Positions 16,996 to 17,348 of a stretch of 17,348 nucleotides of DNA are shown here, in pieces. This DNA comes from Candidatus Iainarchaeum sp. (GTDB lineage: Archaea; Iainarchaeota; Iainarchaeia; Iainarchaeales; GCA-2688035): the NCBI GenBank assembly GCA_017610175.1, contig JAFCCO010000022.1, forward strand, positions 1 through 17,348. Reading direction: 5' to 3'. Each line of letters opens with the position of its first letter. Position 1 is the stretch's first letter. The notes beneath the pieces were generated by a model. The model ran no database searches and was not told where the DNA came from. It saw nothing but the letters and a program-made list of their open reading frames with translations. A program made the translations under genes and the position numbers.

Positions 16996-17017
16996 CTGAT
17001 TTTCTGTGCCGAAAACG
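16996..17017 (+). repeat. Dispersed intergenic 22-nt motif; second copy on the - strand at 7676-7655
   Basis: CTGATTTTCTGTGCCGAAAACG vs CTGTTTTTCTGTGCTGAAACCG (19/22 identical). Confidence 0.6.
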
Positions 17018-17045
17018 GAAAAGGCATGGAAAAAAAGAAAACATC

Positions 17046-17095
17046 AAAAAGGCACTTTTATATACAAAAGAGCGCCTTTGTATCTAGAAAGATAC
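17046..17095 (+). promoter_or_regulatory. TATA promoter with overlapping inverted repeats
   Basis: TTTATATA 17057-17064; ATACAAA-N8-TTTGTAT 17062-17083; GTATCT-AGAA-AGATAC 17080-17095. Confidence 0.6.
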
Positions 17096-17137
17096 TCATT
17101 AACATTTACCTTATTTGCAGGACAAAGGGGACTTTCA

Positions 17138-17348
17138 TTGAATAACAAAAACCAGTTAATAACGGTATTGTTTTTATCGCTTTTCCTGGCGGCTTTCACA
17201 CACGCACCCTCTTGGATAACCTCAACCACCCCGGACTTCAATTCACCAACCGGCAATGCCATAGATGCAATTGAACTCCCCCAAAAAAGGCAGAGCCCCA
17301 GCTTTGGAAAAATCCCCATTACAAGAGCCACCCATTTGGATGAAAACC
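17138..17348 (+). CDS. 3'-truncated secreted protein (not in the ORF track)
   Basis: TTG 17138 follows the SD AAGGGG. The frame reads MNNKNQLITVLFLSLFLAAFTHA|PSWITSTTPDFNSPTGNAIDAIELPQKRQSPSFGKIPITRATHLDEN and is open to the window end. It has a clear signal peptide and an upstream TATA box. Confidence 0.8.
   Translation, partial: MNNKNQLITVLFLSLFLAAFTHAPSWITSTTPDFNSPTGNAIDAIELPQKRQSPSFGKIPITRATHLDEN

Noticed and set aside
16865-17040. tRNA or known ncRNA in the GC-richer spacer
   Set aside because: Only short hairpins are present (CCGGC-GCT-GCCGG 16977-16989). There is no cloverleaf, T-loop, or SRP/RNase P hallmark.
121-17047. Other overlapping antisense or alternate-frame ORFs in the track (e.g. 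121..549, 9061..9501, 12969..13586, 15664..16368)
   Set aside because: They shadow well-supported genes and have no recognisable motifs.
17044-17331. Minus-strand 95-aa ORF
   Set aside because: It is the antisense shadow of the + strand signal-peptide gene, which has a TATA box and SD.

Overview
Archaeal chromosomal segment, most likely from a DPANN-type lineage. This is inferred from the archaeal ValRS, the short Thermoplasmatales/DPANN-style DnaK, TATA-box promoters and the Cys-rich surface proteins. The left 7.6 kb is a + strand cell-surface cluster: the 3' part of a membrane-anchored Cys-repeat protein, a DUF3160 lipoprotein, a ~1200-aa secreted mosaic protein (DUF333, Kazal, six unrecognised repeats, GWN motifs) and a 71-aa lipoprotein. 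Three of these four share a CG(D/N)xxC..E....C(P/A)xDC module. A - strand block follows (winged-HTH regulator, HEXXH membrane metalloprotease, duplicated 4-TM protein, APC permease). It is transcribed divergently from grpE-dnaK-dnaJ, and an unannotated 28-codon ORF fills the grpE-dnaK gap. valS and the start of an unannotated secreted protein end the window. I found no RNA genes, CRISPR arrays or transposases.
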